Of a stretch of 32,000 nt of DNA, positions 1 through 8,029 are shown one piece after another. The notes beneath the pieces were generated by a model. The model did not search any database. It saw only the letters and a program-made list of their open reading frames with translations, and had not been told where the DNA came from. The stretch lies in assembly GCA_965224465.1 (NCBI GenBank), contig OZ245049.1:1110001-1142000 (forward strand). The letters run 5' to 3'. The position numbers and the translations under genes were made by a program. Numbering within the stretch: the first letter of the stretch is position 1; each line of letters opens with the position of its first letter. This DNA is from Flavobacteriaceae bacterium (GTDB taxonomy: Bacteria; Bacteroidota; Bacteroidia; Flavobacteriales; Flavobacteriaceae).

Positions 1-308
1 TTAAAAATGCTTTTCTAAATGCAAAACCAAAATTATTAGAACCCGTAAACAACTTAATAGTCAAAGTCCCTGAAGAACTAATGGGCAACGTTATGACCGA
101 TTTACAAGCGAGAAGATCTGTAATACTAGGCATGGAAAGTGAAGGTAAATTTCAAAAAATTAAGGCACTTACCCCACAAGCCGAAATGTACAAATACTCT
201 ACAACTTTAAGATCTATTACCCAAGGTAGAGGATCCTTTAATACCAATTTCAATTCCTTTGAATTAGTCCCTAATACGATCCAAAAAGAATTGACCTTTT
301 CGGACTAA
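1..308 (+). CDS. Elongation factor G family translational GTPase, C-terminal fragment (5' end upstream of window)
   Basis: Frame 3 is open from base 3 to the TAA at 306-308. The translation KNAFLNAKPKLLEPVNNLIVKVPEELMGNVMTDLQARRSVILGME...MYKYSTTLRSITQGRGSF fits the EF-G domain V / C-terminal pattern (LLEP, VPEE..G.V..DL..RR, LRS.TQGRG). Track ORF 81..308 is only the first in-frame Met. Confidence 0.8.
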   Translation, partial: KNAFLNAKPKLLEPVNNLIVKVPEELMGNVMTDLQARRSVILGMESEGKFQKIKALTPQAEMYKYSTTLRSITQGRGSFNTNFNSFELVPNTIQKELTFSD

Positions 309-331
309 ACTAAAAATAATCAAGAGACTAA

Positions 332-363
332 AAAAGACTCGTCTGATGGATGAGTCTTTTTTT
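332..363 (+). terminator. Rho-independent terminator after the EF-G family gene
   Basis: aaaagactc (332-340) pairs with gagtctttt (352-360). The stem extends inward with a G-U pair around loop tgatg and is followed by a T run to 363. Confidence 0.6.
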
Positions 364-463
364 AAAAGCTCCACTAAAAAAAGCACACCCCCTATTCATA
401 TAGCTATACAAAATACATTTAAAAAATTGTAACAAAAACAAATAAATTCATTATTAAAATATT

Positions 464-471
464 TATCTTTG
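464..471 (+). promoter_or_regulatory. Bacteroidota-type -7 promoter box (TAnnTTTG)
   Basis: TATCTTTG matches the TAnnTTTG consensus and lies 20 nt upstream of the ATG at 491. No clean -33 TTG at canonical spacing. Confidence 0.35.
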
Positions 472-490
472 CAGCTAATATATTTACATC

Positions 491-676
491 ATGAAATTAG
501 TATTGATTACAATTGCAATGTTAGCTATAGGTTTTGCTGGAATCGCAATAAAGATTTTGGTAAAAAAGAACGGTAAGTTTGCAGGTACATGTGCCAGTCA
601 AAGTCCAGAATTAAATAAAGATGGAGAAGCTTGTGGTTTTTGTGGGAAACTCCCAGAAGATTGCGAAAACAATTAA
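491..676 (+). CDS. Small cysteine-rich single-pass membrane protein (61 aa), function unknown
   Basis: N-terminal hydrophobic helix LVLITIAMLAIGFAGIAIKIL, then a KK stop-transfer and four Cys at 34, 48, 51 and 58 (C-x13-C-x2-C-x6-C). A -7 box lies just upstream. Confidence 0.6.
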   Translation: MKLVLITIAMLAIGFAGIAIKILVKKNGKFAGTCASQSPELNKDGEACGFCGKLPEDCENN

Positions 677-840
677 AAACACACTATTGTTCATTTTAAA
701 AAAAATAAATAGCTACTTTTAATTGTATCATTCAGAATCTACTATAAAAAGCCCCTCTTTTCTTCTTTATTTATAATTATTCCGAACAACTATCTGTAAT
801 TACGTATCTTTATAAAAATAATGAAATAAACGCATTCAAA

Positions 841-1410
841 TTGACTTCACAAAAACAAGACCTTGACATACTTATAGAAAAGGCAAAAGAGAAAAACGAA
901 AAAGCATTTAATACCTTATTAAATTCCTATTGGAGCGACGTCTATAACTTTCAGTTTTCTAAGACTTCTGATCAAGATGAAGCACAAGACATCACCATAA
1001 AAACATTTGCAAAAGCATTTGAGAAAATTCATTTGTACGACTCCAAATACAATTTTAAAACTTGGTTAATTTCCATTTCTAAAAATTTATTGATCGATTC
1101 CTTTCGTAAAAACAAAACAGAAACCATCTCTATTCACAAAAAAGAATCTGAAGCATATAAAATTTCGGATGATGCTCCTACCGCGGAGGATCTCCTTATT
1201 AATGAACAAAATCTAAACAGACTCTTAAACTACATCAAACAATTAAAGCCACACCATCAAGAAATAATTAATCTTCGGTATTTTAACGAGATGAGTTATA
1301 AAGAAATGGCAATTGCTCTTAATGAACCTATTGGGAATATAAAAGTTAAATTATTGCGTGCAAAAAAAATATTAGCCACTGTTATTTCCTCTCGAAAAAA
1401 CAATAGCTAG
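841..1410 (+). CDS. RNA polymerase sigma-70 factor, ECF subfamily
   Basis: Region 2 pattern (AFNTLLNSYWSDVYNF...DEAQDITIKTFAKAF...FKTWLISISKNLLIDSFRK) and region 4 HTH (INLRYFNEMSYKEMAIALNEPIGNIKVKLLRAKK). No in-frame ATG covers region 2, so the TTG at 841 is the only plausible start after the in-frame stop at 745-747. Confidence 0.85.
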   Translation: MTSQKQDLDILIEKAKEKNEKAFNTLLNSYWSDVYNFQFSKTSDQDEAQDITIKTFAKAFEKIHLYDSKYNFKTWLISISKNLLIDSFRKNKTETISIHKKESEAYKISDDAPTAEDLLINEQNLNRLLNYIKQLKPHHQEIINLRYFNEMSYKEMAIALNEPIGNIKVKLLRAKKILATVISSRKNNS

Positions 1411-1586
1411 TGCAAACAAAGGACTCAAAGATTTTGACTCTGGACTCATTTTTAAAGAACCTCTATACAGTCTACAACAACTATAAATTTAAATTCTGAC
1501 ACTTATAAAAGCTGCGTAATTAACTCTAGTAATTCGTACATATTATTAATTATTTTCTTTGTAATTTCGCAGTCAATTTATGATAT

Positions 1587-2459
1587 ATGTCTAAAGAATC
1601 CGTAATAATACCAGTCAGAGAAAAAAAACCAAAATGGTTGCGTGTAAAATTACCGATAGGTAAAAAATACACCGAGCTACGCAACGTTGTAGATAAATAT
1701 AAATTAAATACCATTTGTACTAGCGGAAGCTGTCCAAACATGGGAGAATGCTGGACAGAAGGAACGGCAACCTTTATGATTTTAGGAAATATTTGTACCC
1801 GATCTTGTGGTTTTTGCGGAGTACTCACTGGTCGTCCTGAAACAGTAGACTGGGAAGAGCCAGAAAAAGTAGCCCGTTCTATTAAATTGATGAACATTAA
1901 ACATGCCGTAATTACTTCTGTAGATAGAGATGACATTAAAGATGGAGGATCCATTATTTGGGCAGAAACCATACAGGCCATTCGCAGAACAAATCCGAAC
2001 ACCACTTTAGAAACATTACTTCCAGATTTTCAAGGAAACGAGACCAATATCGACCGAATTTTAGCTGTAAAGCCAGAAATTATTTCACATAATTTAGAAA
2101 CAGTACGTCGATTGACACGAGAAGTAAGAATTCAAGCAAAATACGACCGTAGTTTGGCTGTTTTAAAATACATGAAAGACCAAGGTCAAAGACGTACAAA
2201 ATCTGGTATTATGCTAGGTTTAGGAGAAACTGAAGCCGAAGTTATTGAAACATTGAACGATTTAAAAAACGCAAAAGTAGACATTGTTACTATTGGTCAA
2301 TATTTACAACCTTCCAAAAAGCACTTACCTGTTGTAGAATATATCAGACCTGAACAATTTGAAAAATACAAAAAAATAGGATTAGAATTGGGCTTTAGAC
2401 ATGTAGAAAGCGGAGCTTTAGTACGTTCTTCATATAAAGCACATAAACACTTGGCTTAG
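1587..2459 (+). CDS. lipA: Lipoyl synthase
   Basis: Both LipA cysteine clusters are present: CPNMGECW (auxiliary cluster) and CTRSCGFC (radical-SAM CxxxCxxC). Also the C-terminal RSSY motif and a typical length of 290 aa. Confidence 0.95.
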   Translation: MSKESVIIPVREKKPKWLRVKLPIGKKYTELRNVVDKYKLNTICTSGSCPNMGECWTEGTATFMILGNICTRSCGFCGVLTGRPETVDWEEPEKVARSIKLMNIKHAVITSVDRDDIKDGGSIIWAETIQAIRRTNPNTTLETLLPDFQGNETNIDRILAVKPEIISHNLETVRRLTREVRIQAKYDRSLAVLKYMKDQGQRRTKSGIMLGLGETEAEVIETLNDLKNAKVDIVTIGQYLQPSKKHLPVVEYIRPEQFEKYKKIGLELGFRHVESGALVRSSYKAHKHLA

Positions 2460-2581
2460 ATGCTACTTCTCTTAACATATAATTAACAAGGACTTGTTGT
2501 TTTTGGCACGAGGATTGAAGATACACTATTGAAATAAAGAAATAGTTAAACTTTGTTTTATTGTTAATTTGATTGATTGAT

Positions 2582-2615
2582 AAAAAAGCGCTTTTTTTAA
2601 AATTAGCGCTTTTTT
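2582..2615. terminator. Bidirectional terminator between convergent lipA and bshC
   Basis: aaaagcgct (2584-2592) pairs with agcgctttt (2605-2613), flanked by an A run and a T run. Confidence 0.55.
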
Positions 2616-2626
2616 ATGTGCCTAAT

Positions 2627-4231
2627 TTAAGGCATTTCGACAATCGTAAATTCTAATTTTAAAGGATCTAAATCCTCAAATAATGTTGTGTATAAAGCCG
2701 CTCCGTACTGTTCATAATATTCAGAGAAATTCCGAGAACGCTCTTCCAAGCTATAGTTTGGAAACAATTGATTTTGTAATATTTCAATGCGATTAACCAT
2801 ATCATACATACTTCTCTTTTGAGCTTTTAACAAACGCTTTTCTAATGTTTTTAAACCATTTAATTGCTTTTTCTCCTGTGCATTCACCGCTCCTATAAAT
2901 GACTTATCTGTTTGCTCTGCTAGGGTTTTCAACCCTTTAAATTGGAGTTTTAGATGCTTCATTTGCTCAGAAAAATCAATTTTTACAGAAGATCTATCCT
3001 TTACTTTATCGACTAATAATTGCTGCTGATTTTTAAATAAATCTTCCGCAGTCAATTTTAGTTTTTCCGCTTTCTCTCGTTGTTTTTTAGTTATAATAAG
3101 CGCTGAATTACGCAATAACAACACAGGAAAAGGCACTTGAACAGAATCAAAATAGCGTTTTAACTCAAACCAATAAGCCAACTCTCCTCCTCCTCCAACA
3201 TAACATAAATTAGGCAATATCACTTCCTGAAATAAAGGCCTCATAATTACATTCGGACTAAAACGCTCTGGATATGCATCAAGTTCTCGTAAAATTGCCT
3301 CTTTAGAAAATACTATATGTGTAGTATTGATAACAAACTGATTGTCCTTTTCTACAATGCGTTCTCTCAATCCATTTTTTAAATAAAACAAATTGATTTC
3401 TCTTGGATTCACTTGTATTTTATAATCCCTATCAAGGTTTTTCAATTCTTGAATACTTTTAGACACCTCGTTAAAGCTCGTATTCTTAAACAAATCTTCT
3501 TTGACAAAAGGACTTAATAACGATTTTAAACTAACATCATCTCCATCAACGATCACGATACCTTTGTTCCCGAAAATTTCGTTGACCAAATAACGTGTAG
3601 CTGTTGTTAAATTGTGATGCTCCAAATACGTTTTTTGAAACAATTTTTTTAAATACGTTGCGTTTTTACTCGTTCCAATCAATACTGAAAACTGTTCAAA
3701 TACAGCCTCAAAACCAGTCGTTTTTAAATGCCCAACAGCTCCAGAAGACGTATTATCCCATTTTATTTTCTCTCCTTTAAGTTTAAAGTAATTGATTTCT
3801 TCAAAATCATGATCCTCTGTAGCCATCCAATAGATAGGTACAAAATTAAACGCTGGAAACTCATTTTTTAGTCGTTTCGTTAAATTTATAGTAGTTACAA
3901 TTTTATATAAAAAATACAAAGGTCCCGTAAATATATTTAACTGATGCCCGGTAGTCACCGTAAACGTATTTTCAAGAGCCAAATCAGATAAATTAGCCCT
4001 TGTCTTAGTGCTTTTCACAACACCTTTGTACTGCCGTTCCAAAGCAGCAACTAAAACATTCCTGTTTTTTAAAGAGTAAGATGCACTTTTTAAATCAATC
4101 TGAGATTTGAATCCTTCAATATCCGGATAATTCCCATAAAAGGCATTCAAAGCACTGTCCTTATCCAGGTAGTCACAAATTATCCGTGAAAAATAGCTCG
4201 CTTTTTTATAAGGTATCGTAGTTGCACTCAT
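2627..4231 (-). CDS. bshC: Bacillithiol biosynthesis cysteine-adding enzyme BshC (putative)
   Basis: 534 aa. The N-terminus IPYKKASYFSRIICDYLDKDSALNAFYGNYP and the C-terminal coiled-coil region fit my recollection of Bacteroidota BshC (YllA family). Assigned from memory of the family, not from a search. Confidence 0.75.
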   Translation of the reverse strand: MSATTIPYKKASYFSRIICDYLDKDSALNAFYGNYPDIEGFKSQIDLKSASYSLKNRNVLVAALERQYKGVVKSTKTRANLSDLALENTFTVTTGHQLNIFTGPLYFLYKIVTTINLTKRLKNEFPAFNFVPIYWMATEDHDFEEINYFKLKGEKIKWDNTSSGAVGHLKTTGFEAVFEQFSVLIGTSKNATYLKKLFQKTYLEHHNLTTATRYLVNEIFGNKGIVIVDGDDVSLKSLLSPFVKEDLFKNTSFNEVSKSIQELKNLDRDYKIQVNPREINLFYLKNGLRERIVEKDNQFVINTTHIVFSKEAILRELDAYPERFSPNVIMRPLFQEVILPNLCYVGGGGELAYWFELKRYFDSVQVPFPVLLLRNSALIITKKQREKAEKLKLTAEDLFKNQQQLLVDKVKDRSSVKIDFSEQMKHLKLQFKGLKTLAEQTDKSFIGAVNAQEKKQLNGLKTLEKRLLKAQKRSMYDMVNRIEILQNQLFPNYSLEERSRNFSEYYEQYGAALYTTLFEDLDPLKLEFTIVEMP

Positions 4232-4240
4232 TTAAAAATC

Positions 4241-4830
4241 TTATTTTTTTTGAAATAATGTATAAATATAGGGTCTCAAATCACCCAAGGGATTTGTATG
4301 TATATGATGCATCGATGTCTTCAATTCAAAACCTTCCCCCAATCGATCTTGAAACATTTGCGTAGTGTACCTACAAACATCCAGTCCACAACATTTTTTT
4401 GCGCCTTCCATAGAAAATGCAGCCAACAAAACATAAGCTCCATTGTTAACACTGTTTTTATTACATTAAAGTAAGCTTCCTGTTCAGATGGTTTTGTAAA
4501 AAAATGCACCACTGCTCTATCCAACCATAGCTCAATATTACGTTGGGAACGTAGCATTTTTGGATCTAATAAATCAGCGACTGTACAATCTAAGTATTTA
4601 CGCTTAGGAGATGGAATCCTATTTTTTAAAACTTCCAAAGCTTCAATCAATGTAGATGAACCAGCTCCAGCAATAAATATTTTTGCGTTTTTAGCTAACT
4701 TACAACTGGCAATCATTTCTAAACTTAAAGCAGGAACATCTTCATACCAGCCCAATTTCTCAGTAGAACTATTCCTATATGCCTTATTCCAATGATTTTT
4801 TTGATCTAAACTACAATCAACATCTTTCAT
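4241..4830 (-). pseudogene. Class I SAM-dependent methyltransferase interrupted by a 1-nt frameshift (or a sequencing error)
   Basis: Track ORF 4321..4830 carries the N-terminal part: WNKAY, KLGWYE, glycine motif IFIAGAGSSTL, DRAVVHFF. The conserved C-terminal part (NGAYVLLAAFSMEGAKKCCGLDVCRYTTQMFQDRLGEGFEL...) continues in another frame (track ORF 4241..4429). The frames meet at the run of 5 T at 4455-4459 (A5 on the coding strand). One extra A would give a continuous protein of about 196 aa. Confidence 0.7.
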
Positions 4831-4916
4831 TCTTTATTTTTTGATAAAAATAGCACATATTCATTGGAGAAAAAAATGTAATCCATCTCTTTACTCCTAT
4901 TAACATTAAACAGCCT

Positions 4917-4939
4917 TCCAAATGACCGCTATAAATCAG
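4917..4939. repeat. Degenerate partial copy of intergenic repeat A2
   Basis: tccaaatgaccgctataaatcag resembles tccaaaatgac[c/t]gatataaata[g/a] found at 7791-7813, 24055-24077 and 28571-28593. Confidence 0.4.
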
Positions 4940-4973
4940 TCTTTTTTTATTATTTCCTTATTAAAAAGCAGCA

Positions 4974-5012
4974 CTATCCTTCGCTATTTGCACCTAGAAT
5001 AACAAAAAAAAC
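4974..5012. repeat. Intergenic repeat C, copy 1
   Basis: ctatccttcgctatttgcacctagaataacaaaaaaaac aligns with 7861-7897 (ctatccttccatttttcgcctagctaaaacaaaaaac) at roughly 80 percent identity with small indels. Confidence 0.5.
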
Positions 5013-5058
5013 GATTCCTAAAACGTTATTTGTAAATACATTTAGCATCACAAATTAG

Positions 5059-5139
5059 TCAATAACCTCGAGGCAAGCCACCCAGACATGAAACAGAAAA
5101 AACCTTAATCATTTCGCTGCAAGCATCCGGGAATTAAAA
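5059..5139. repeat. Intergenic repeat B (about 80 bp), degenerate copy
   Basis: tcaataacctcgaggcaagcc...aaaaaaccttaatcatttcgctgcaagcatccgggaattaaaa aligns along its whole length with 24173-24251 at about 85 percent identity, with two 1-nt indels. Confidence 0.7.
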
Positions 5140-5213
5140 TCATTTTAAAAAAGCGACAAACGTAACAATCTATGAATTATAAATTCTTATTTTTGAAGTT
5201 CAAATATAAACGA

Positions 5214-7685
5214 ATGATGCATATTAAAACCCTAACATTAAGCATTGCCTTGTTAATCGCTACTTTTTTAGAAGCACAAACCATCAAAAGTCCTTCTGAA
5301 TTTTTCGGACATGAAATAGGCAGTCAGTTTCACCCCAATCATAAAATTGTAAATTATTTTGAATACCTCAACGGAAAATCTTCTTCCCTGATTTATAAAA
5401 AATACGGAAAGACTAATGAAGCCCGTGATTTGACTTATGCTATCATTTCTAGTAAAGAAAACATTCAAAACATAGAAGAAATTCGTCTTCACAACATACA
5501 AAACAGCCAAAACAAAACAAATAAAACTCCGAAAATAGCAATTATCTGGCTGAGTTATAATGTACATGGAAACGAGGCATCAAGTGCTGAAGCAGCAATG
5601 GAAACAGCCTATCAATTAATAAGCAAACACCAATCACTACTTACAAATACCGTAGTAATAATTGACCCTTCATTAAATCCAGATGGAAGAGACCGCTATG
5701 TAAACTGGTACAATCAAGTAAAAACAAGTCCATACAGTACAAACCCAAGTGCTACAGAACACAACGAACCATGGCCTAGTGGAAGACCCAATCATTATTT
5801 GTTTGACTTAAATAGAGACTGGGCATGGGCAACACAGGTAGAGACTCAACAACGTTTAAAGGTTTACTTAGATTGGATGCCACATATACATGTAGATTTT
5901 CACGAACAGTATTATAATGAGCCCTATTATTTTGCACCCGCAGCAGCACCTTTTCATGATATAATAACGCCATGGCAACAAGAATTTCAACAGTATGTAG
6001 GTACCAACCACGCCAAAAAATTTGACAACGAAGGTTGGTTGTATTTTACCAAACAATTTTTCGATTTGTTTTACCCAAGTTATGGCGACACATACCCTAC
6101 GTACATGGGAGCAATAGGAATGACCTATGAACAGGCAGGACATGGAAAAGCAGGTTTAGGGATTGAAACAGAAGATGATTTTATCCTGACTTTAAAAGAC
6201 CGAATAGCACATCACACCACTACAGGGATTTCGACGGTAGAAATGGGTTCAAAATACGCTTTACGCCTAAATAAAGAATTCGCAGACTTTTTCAAAACAA
6301 ACCAACATCGCAATAACAATAGCTATGTTTTAAGAGGAAACAAAGACAAGGTAAACAGCTTGGTTCAACTCCTAGACAGGCATCATATAAAAACTTACAC
6401 AGGAAGTACTCAAACTATTAAAGGTTTTGACTACAACCTTCAAAAAGGTGTAAAATATACCTTAAAAAAAGAAGATTTTATTGTCCCTGTAAATCAAGCA
6501 AACGGAAATATGATAAAAGTATTGCTAGAACCACAATCAAAACTAAGTGATTCTCTAACCTACGACATCACAGCGTGGAGTCTTCCTTATGCCCATGGCG
6601 TAGCAACAATCTCTAGCAATAACACTTTTGATATTTCTAAACTTTCTTCGATAAAAAAAATACCCATTAACTTAAATCTAAAAACAGACGCGTATGCATA
6701 TATAGCAAAATGGAATCACATTTCTGATGCCGAATTTTTAGCAGCACTCTTTTTAAATGACATTAAAGTTAGATACACCTCTAAACCGATAACTGTAAAC
6801 AATCAAATTTACAAAGAAGGAACCCTCCTGATTCTAAGACGAGACAATAAGCACTTAAAAGATTTCTTTAAAAAATTACTTAGAGTTAGCACAAAACTTG
6901 AAAATAAAATTACAGCTACCAATACAGGAATGGTACAAAAGGGACCTGATTTTGGTTCTGCAAGTATTGAATTAATTGCGAAAAAAAACATAGCATTGCT
7001 TACGGGAAAAGAAACATCATCTTTAAGTTTTGGTGAAGTATGGCACTTTTTTGAACAACAATTAAAATATCCTATTACCATTATTAAAGAAAATCAATTG
7101 AACTCAAAAACGTTAAAAAACACAGATATTTTAATCATTCCTAATGGATATTATGAAGAATTACTCAACACATCAACACTAACAAAGCTAAAATCTTGGA
7201 TAGCTGATGGAGGCAAAGTAATTGCCATAGGAAATGCATTGAATCCTTTTGCTAAGAGTGCGCTATTTAATTTGAGTCAAAAGGAGGAAGCAACTAAAAA
7301 AGACAGTGTCAATCTAACGCCATACAATCAACTTGAACGCACACAAATTTCTAAAACCATAACAGGCGCCATTTTTAAAGCTAAGATAGACGCCACCCAT
7401 CCTCTAGGTTTTGGATATGATACGGATTACTTTTCACTAAAATTAGGTTCCAATACTTTTGAGCTATTAACGGACGGATACAATGTAGGCTATTTTGATA
7501 AAAAAACACCTAATCACATCGGGTTTGCAGGAGAGAAAGCACTTAAAAAAATTCCGAATTCATTATTATTTGGAGTAGAACCGATTGGAAATGGTCAAAT
7601 TATTTACATGGTAGACAACCCTTTATTTCGTCAATTCTGGGAAAACGGAAAATTATTTATGGCAAATGCTATCTTTTTTAATTAG
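5214..7685 (+). CDS. M14 family zinc carboxypeptidase, secreted, with a large C-terminal extension
   Basis: Zn-binding HxxE in WLSYNVHGNEASS, then NPDGRDRY and the DLNRDW motif typical of M14. Signal peptide MMHIKTLTLSIALLIATFLEAQT favours the ATG at 5214 over the track start at 5172. Confidence 0.85.
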   Translation: MMHIKTLTLSIALLIATFLEAQTIKSPSEFFGHEIGSQFHPNHKIVNYFEYLNGKSSSLIYKKYGKTNEARDLTYAIISSKENIQNIEEIRLHNIQNSQNKTNKTPKIAIIWLSYNVHGNEASSAEAAMETAYQLISKHQSLLTNTVVIIDPSLNPDGRDRYVNWYNQVKTSPYSTNPSATEHNEPWPSGRPNHYLFDLNRDWAWATQVETQQRLKVYLDWMPHIHVDFHEQYYNEPYYFAPAAAPFHDIITPWQQEFQQYVGTNHAKKFDNEGWLYFTKQFFDLFYPSYGDTYPTYMGAIGMTYEQAGHGKAGLGIETEDDFILTLKDRIAHHTTTGISTVEMGSKYALRLNKEFADFFKTNQHRNNNSYVLRGNKDKVNSLVQLLDRHHIKTYTGSTQTIKGFDYNLQKGVKYTLKKEDFIVPVNQANGNMIKVLLEPQSKLSDSLTYDITAWSLPYAHGVATISSNNTFDISKLSSIKKIPINLNLKTDAYAYIAKWNHISDAEFLAALFLNDIKVRYTSKPITVNNQIYKEGTLLILRRDNKHLKDFFKKLLRVSTKLENKITATNTGMVQKGPDFGSASIELIAKKNIALLTGKETSSLSFGEVWHFFEQQLKYPITIIKENQLNSKTLKNTDILIIPNGYYEELLNTSTLTKLKSWIADGGKVIAIGNALNPFAKSALFNLSQKEEATKKDSVNLTPYNQLERTQISKTITGAIFKAKIDATHPLGFGYDTDYFSLKLGSNTFELLTDGYNVGYFDKKTPNHIGFAGEKALKKIPNSLLFGVEPIGNGQIIYMVDNPLFRQFWENGKLFMANAIFFN

Positions 7686-7735
7686 TAGTATTGCTCCCAA
7701 GAATGCAGGAGACAAAAGAGAATAGAAACAATACC

Positions 7736-7776
7736 AATACCATTTCTAAACCGTCACTTGGAAATGTAATTGGTAT
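7736..7776. repeat. Intergenic repeat A1, copy 1
   Basis: aataccatttctaaaccgtcacttggaaatgtaattggtat differs by 1 mismatch from 7898-7938. It contains an internal inverted repeat, catttc/gaaatg. Confidence 0.85.
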
Positions 7777-7777
7777 G

Positions 7778-7813
7778 ATACCAATTACAATCCAAAATAA
7801 CTGATATAAATAG
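7778..7813. repeat. Intergenic repeat A2, copy 1
   Basis: ataccaattacaatccaaaataactgatataaatag recurs at 24042-24077 and 28558-28593. Confidence 0.8.
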
Positions 7814-7860
7814 GTTGTTTTACGCTGTAGCGTTGTTAAAAAACAGAACGATAGCTATGG

Positions 7861-7897
7861 CTATCCTTCCATTTTTCGCCTAGCTAAAACAAAAAAC
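7861..7897. repeat. Intergenic repeat C, copy 2
   Basis: See 4974-5012. It is preceded by the small palindrome gatagc-tatg-gctatc (7851-7866). Confidence 0.5.
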
Positions 7898-7943
7898 AAT
7901 ACCATTTCTAAACCGTCACTTGGAAATGTAGTTGGTATAAGAT
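7898..7943. repeat. Intergenic repeat A1, copy 2
   Basis: aataccatttctaaaccgtcacttggaaatgtagttggtataagat. The last 40 bp are identical to 24086-24125. Confidence 0.85.
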
Positions 7944-7957
7944 GAGACATAAGCAAC

Positions 7958-7997
7958 AAAAAAAATCCCCAAACACGATAGTTTTGGGGATTTTTTA
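7958..7997. terminator. Bidirectional terminator between convergent M14 peptidase and rimO
   Basis: aaaatccccaaa (7962-7973) pairs with tttggggatttt (7983-7994) around a 9-nt loop, flanked by an A run and a T run. Confidence 0.7.
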
Positions 7998-8029
7998 TTC
8001 TTTTAGATTTTAAGCTAAATCCTACTTAT

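Noticed and set aside
1411-1586. Possible ECF-sigma autoregulatory promoter or anti-sigma ORF downstream of the sigma gene (three gactc-containing repeats at about 1421-1455).
   Set aside because: No ORF of meaningful length is present. The GAAC ... GTC spacing does not fit ECF -35/-10 geometry, and the short repeats are within chance expectation.
1550-2005. Track ORF of 151 aa antisense to lipA. Similar antisense or overlapping track ORFs occur at 5268-5567, 5776-5973, 5868-6143, 6809-7081, 8125-8472, 9147-9353, 9425-9691, 9758-10048, 10169-10411, 10662-10922, 11361-11594, 11755-12054, 13339-13545, 13850-14032, 15444-15647, 16221-16445, 16786-17022, 17257-17487, 18640-18822, 20111-20302, 20864-21070, 23583-23768, 25596-26033, 26844-27059, 26965-27156, 27441-27668, 30284-30571, 30584-30856, 31372-31593 and 31522-31773.
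   Set aside because: Each lies inside, or mostly inside, a longer ORF with clear family motifs on the other strand or frame. Their translations are low-complexity or Cys/Phe/Leu-rich with no recognisable motifs. They are shadow ORFs typical of AT-rich DNA.
4241-4830. Treating 4321..4830 and 4241..4429 as two separate overlapping genes.
   Set aside because: Together they reconstruct one methyltransferase fold with the break at a homopolymer. The 62-aa piece has no independent start context (its track start is a TTG in mid-motif).
5172-5213. The upstream ATG at 5172 as the M14 peptidase start.
   Set aside because: It adds MNYKFLFLKFKYKR before a textbook signal peptide that starts at 5214. 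This cannot be excluded without ortholog comparison, so it is noted in the feature evidence.
7705-7806. Small ORF through repeats A1/A2 (MQETKENRNNTNTISKPSLGNVIGMIPITIQNN).
   Set aside because: The other A1 copies are not preceded by a start codon in that frame and end differently (..GNVVGIR stop, or read-through into the terminator). Conservation is therefore at nucleotide level, not peptide level.
7736-7943. Possible CRISPR array, because a roughly 41-bp sequence repeats.
   Set aside because: There are only two local copies, spaced 162 bp apart rather than 25-40 bp. The interval contains other repeat modules, the same repeat occurs at an unrelated locus (24086), and no cas genes are present.
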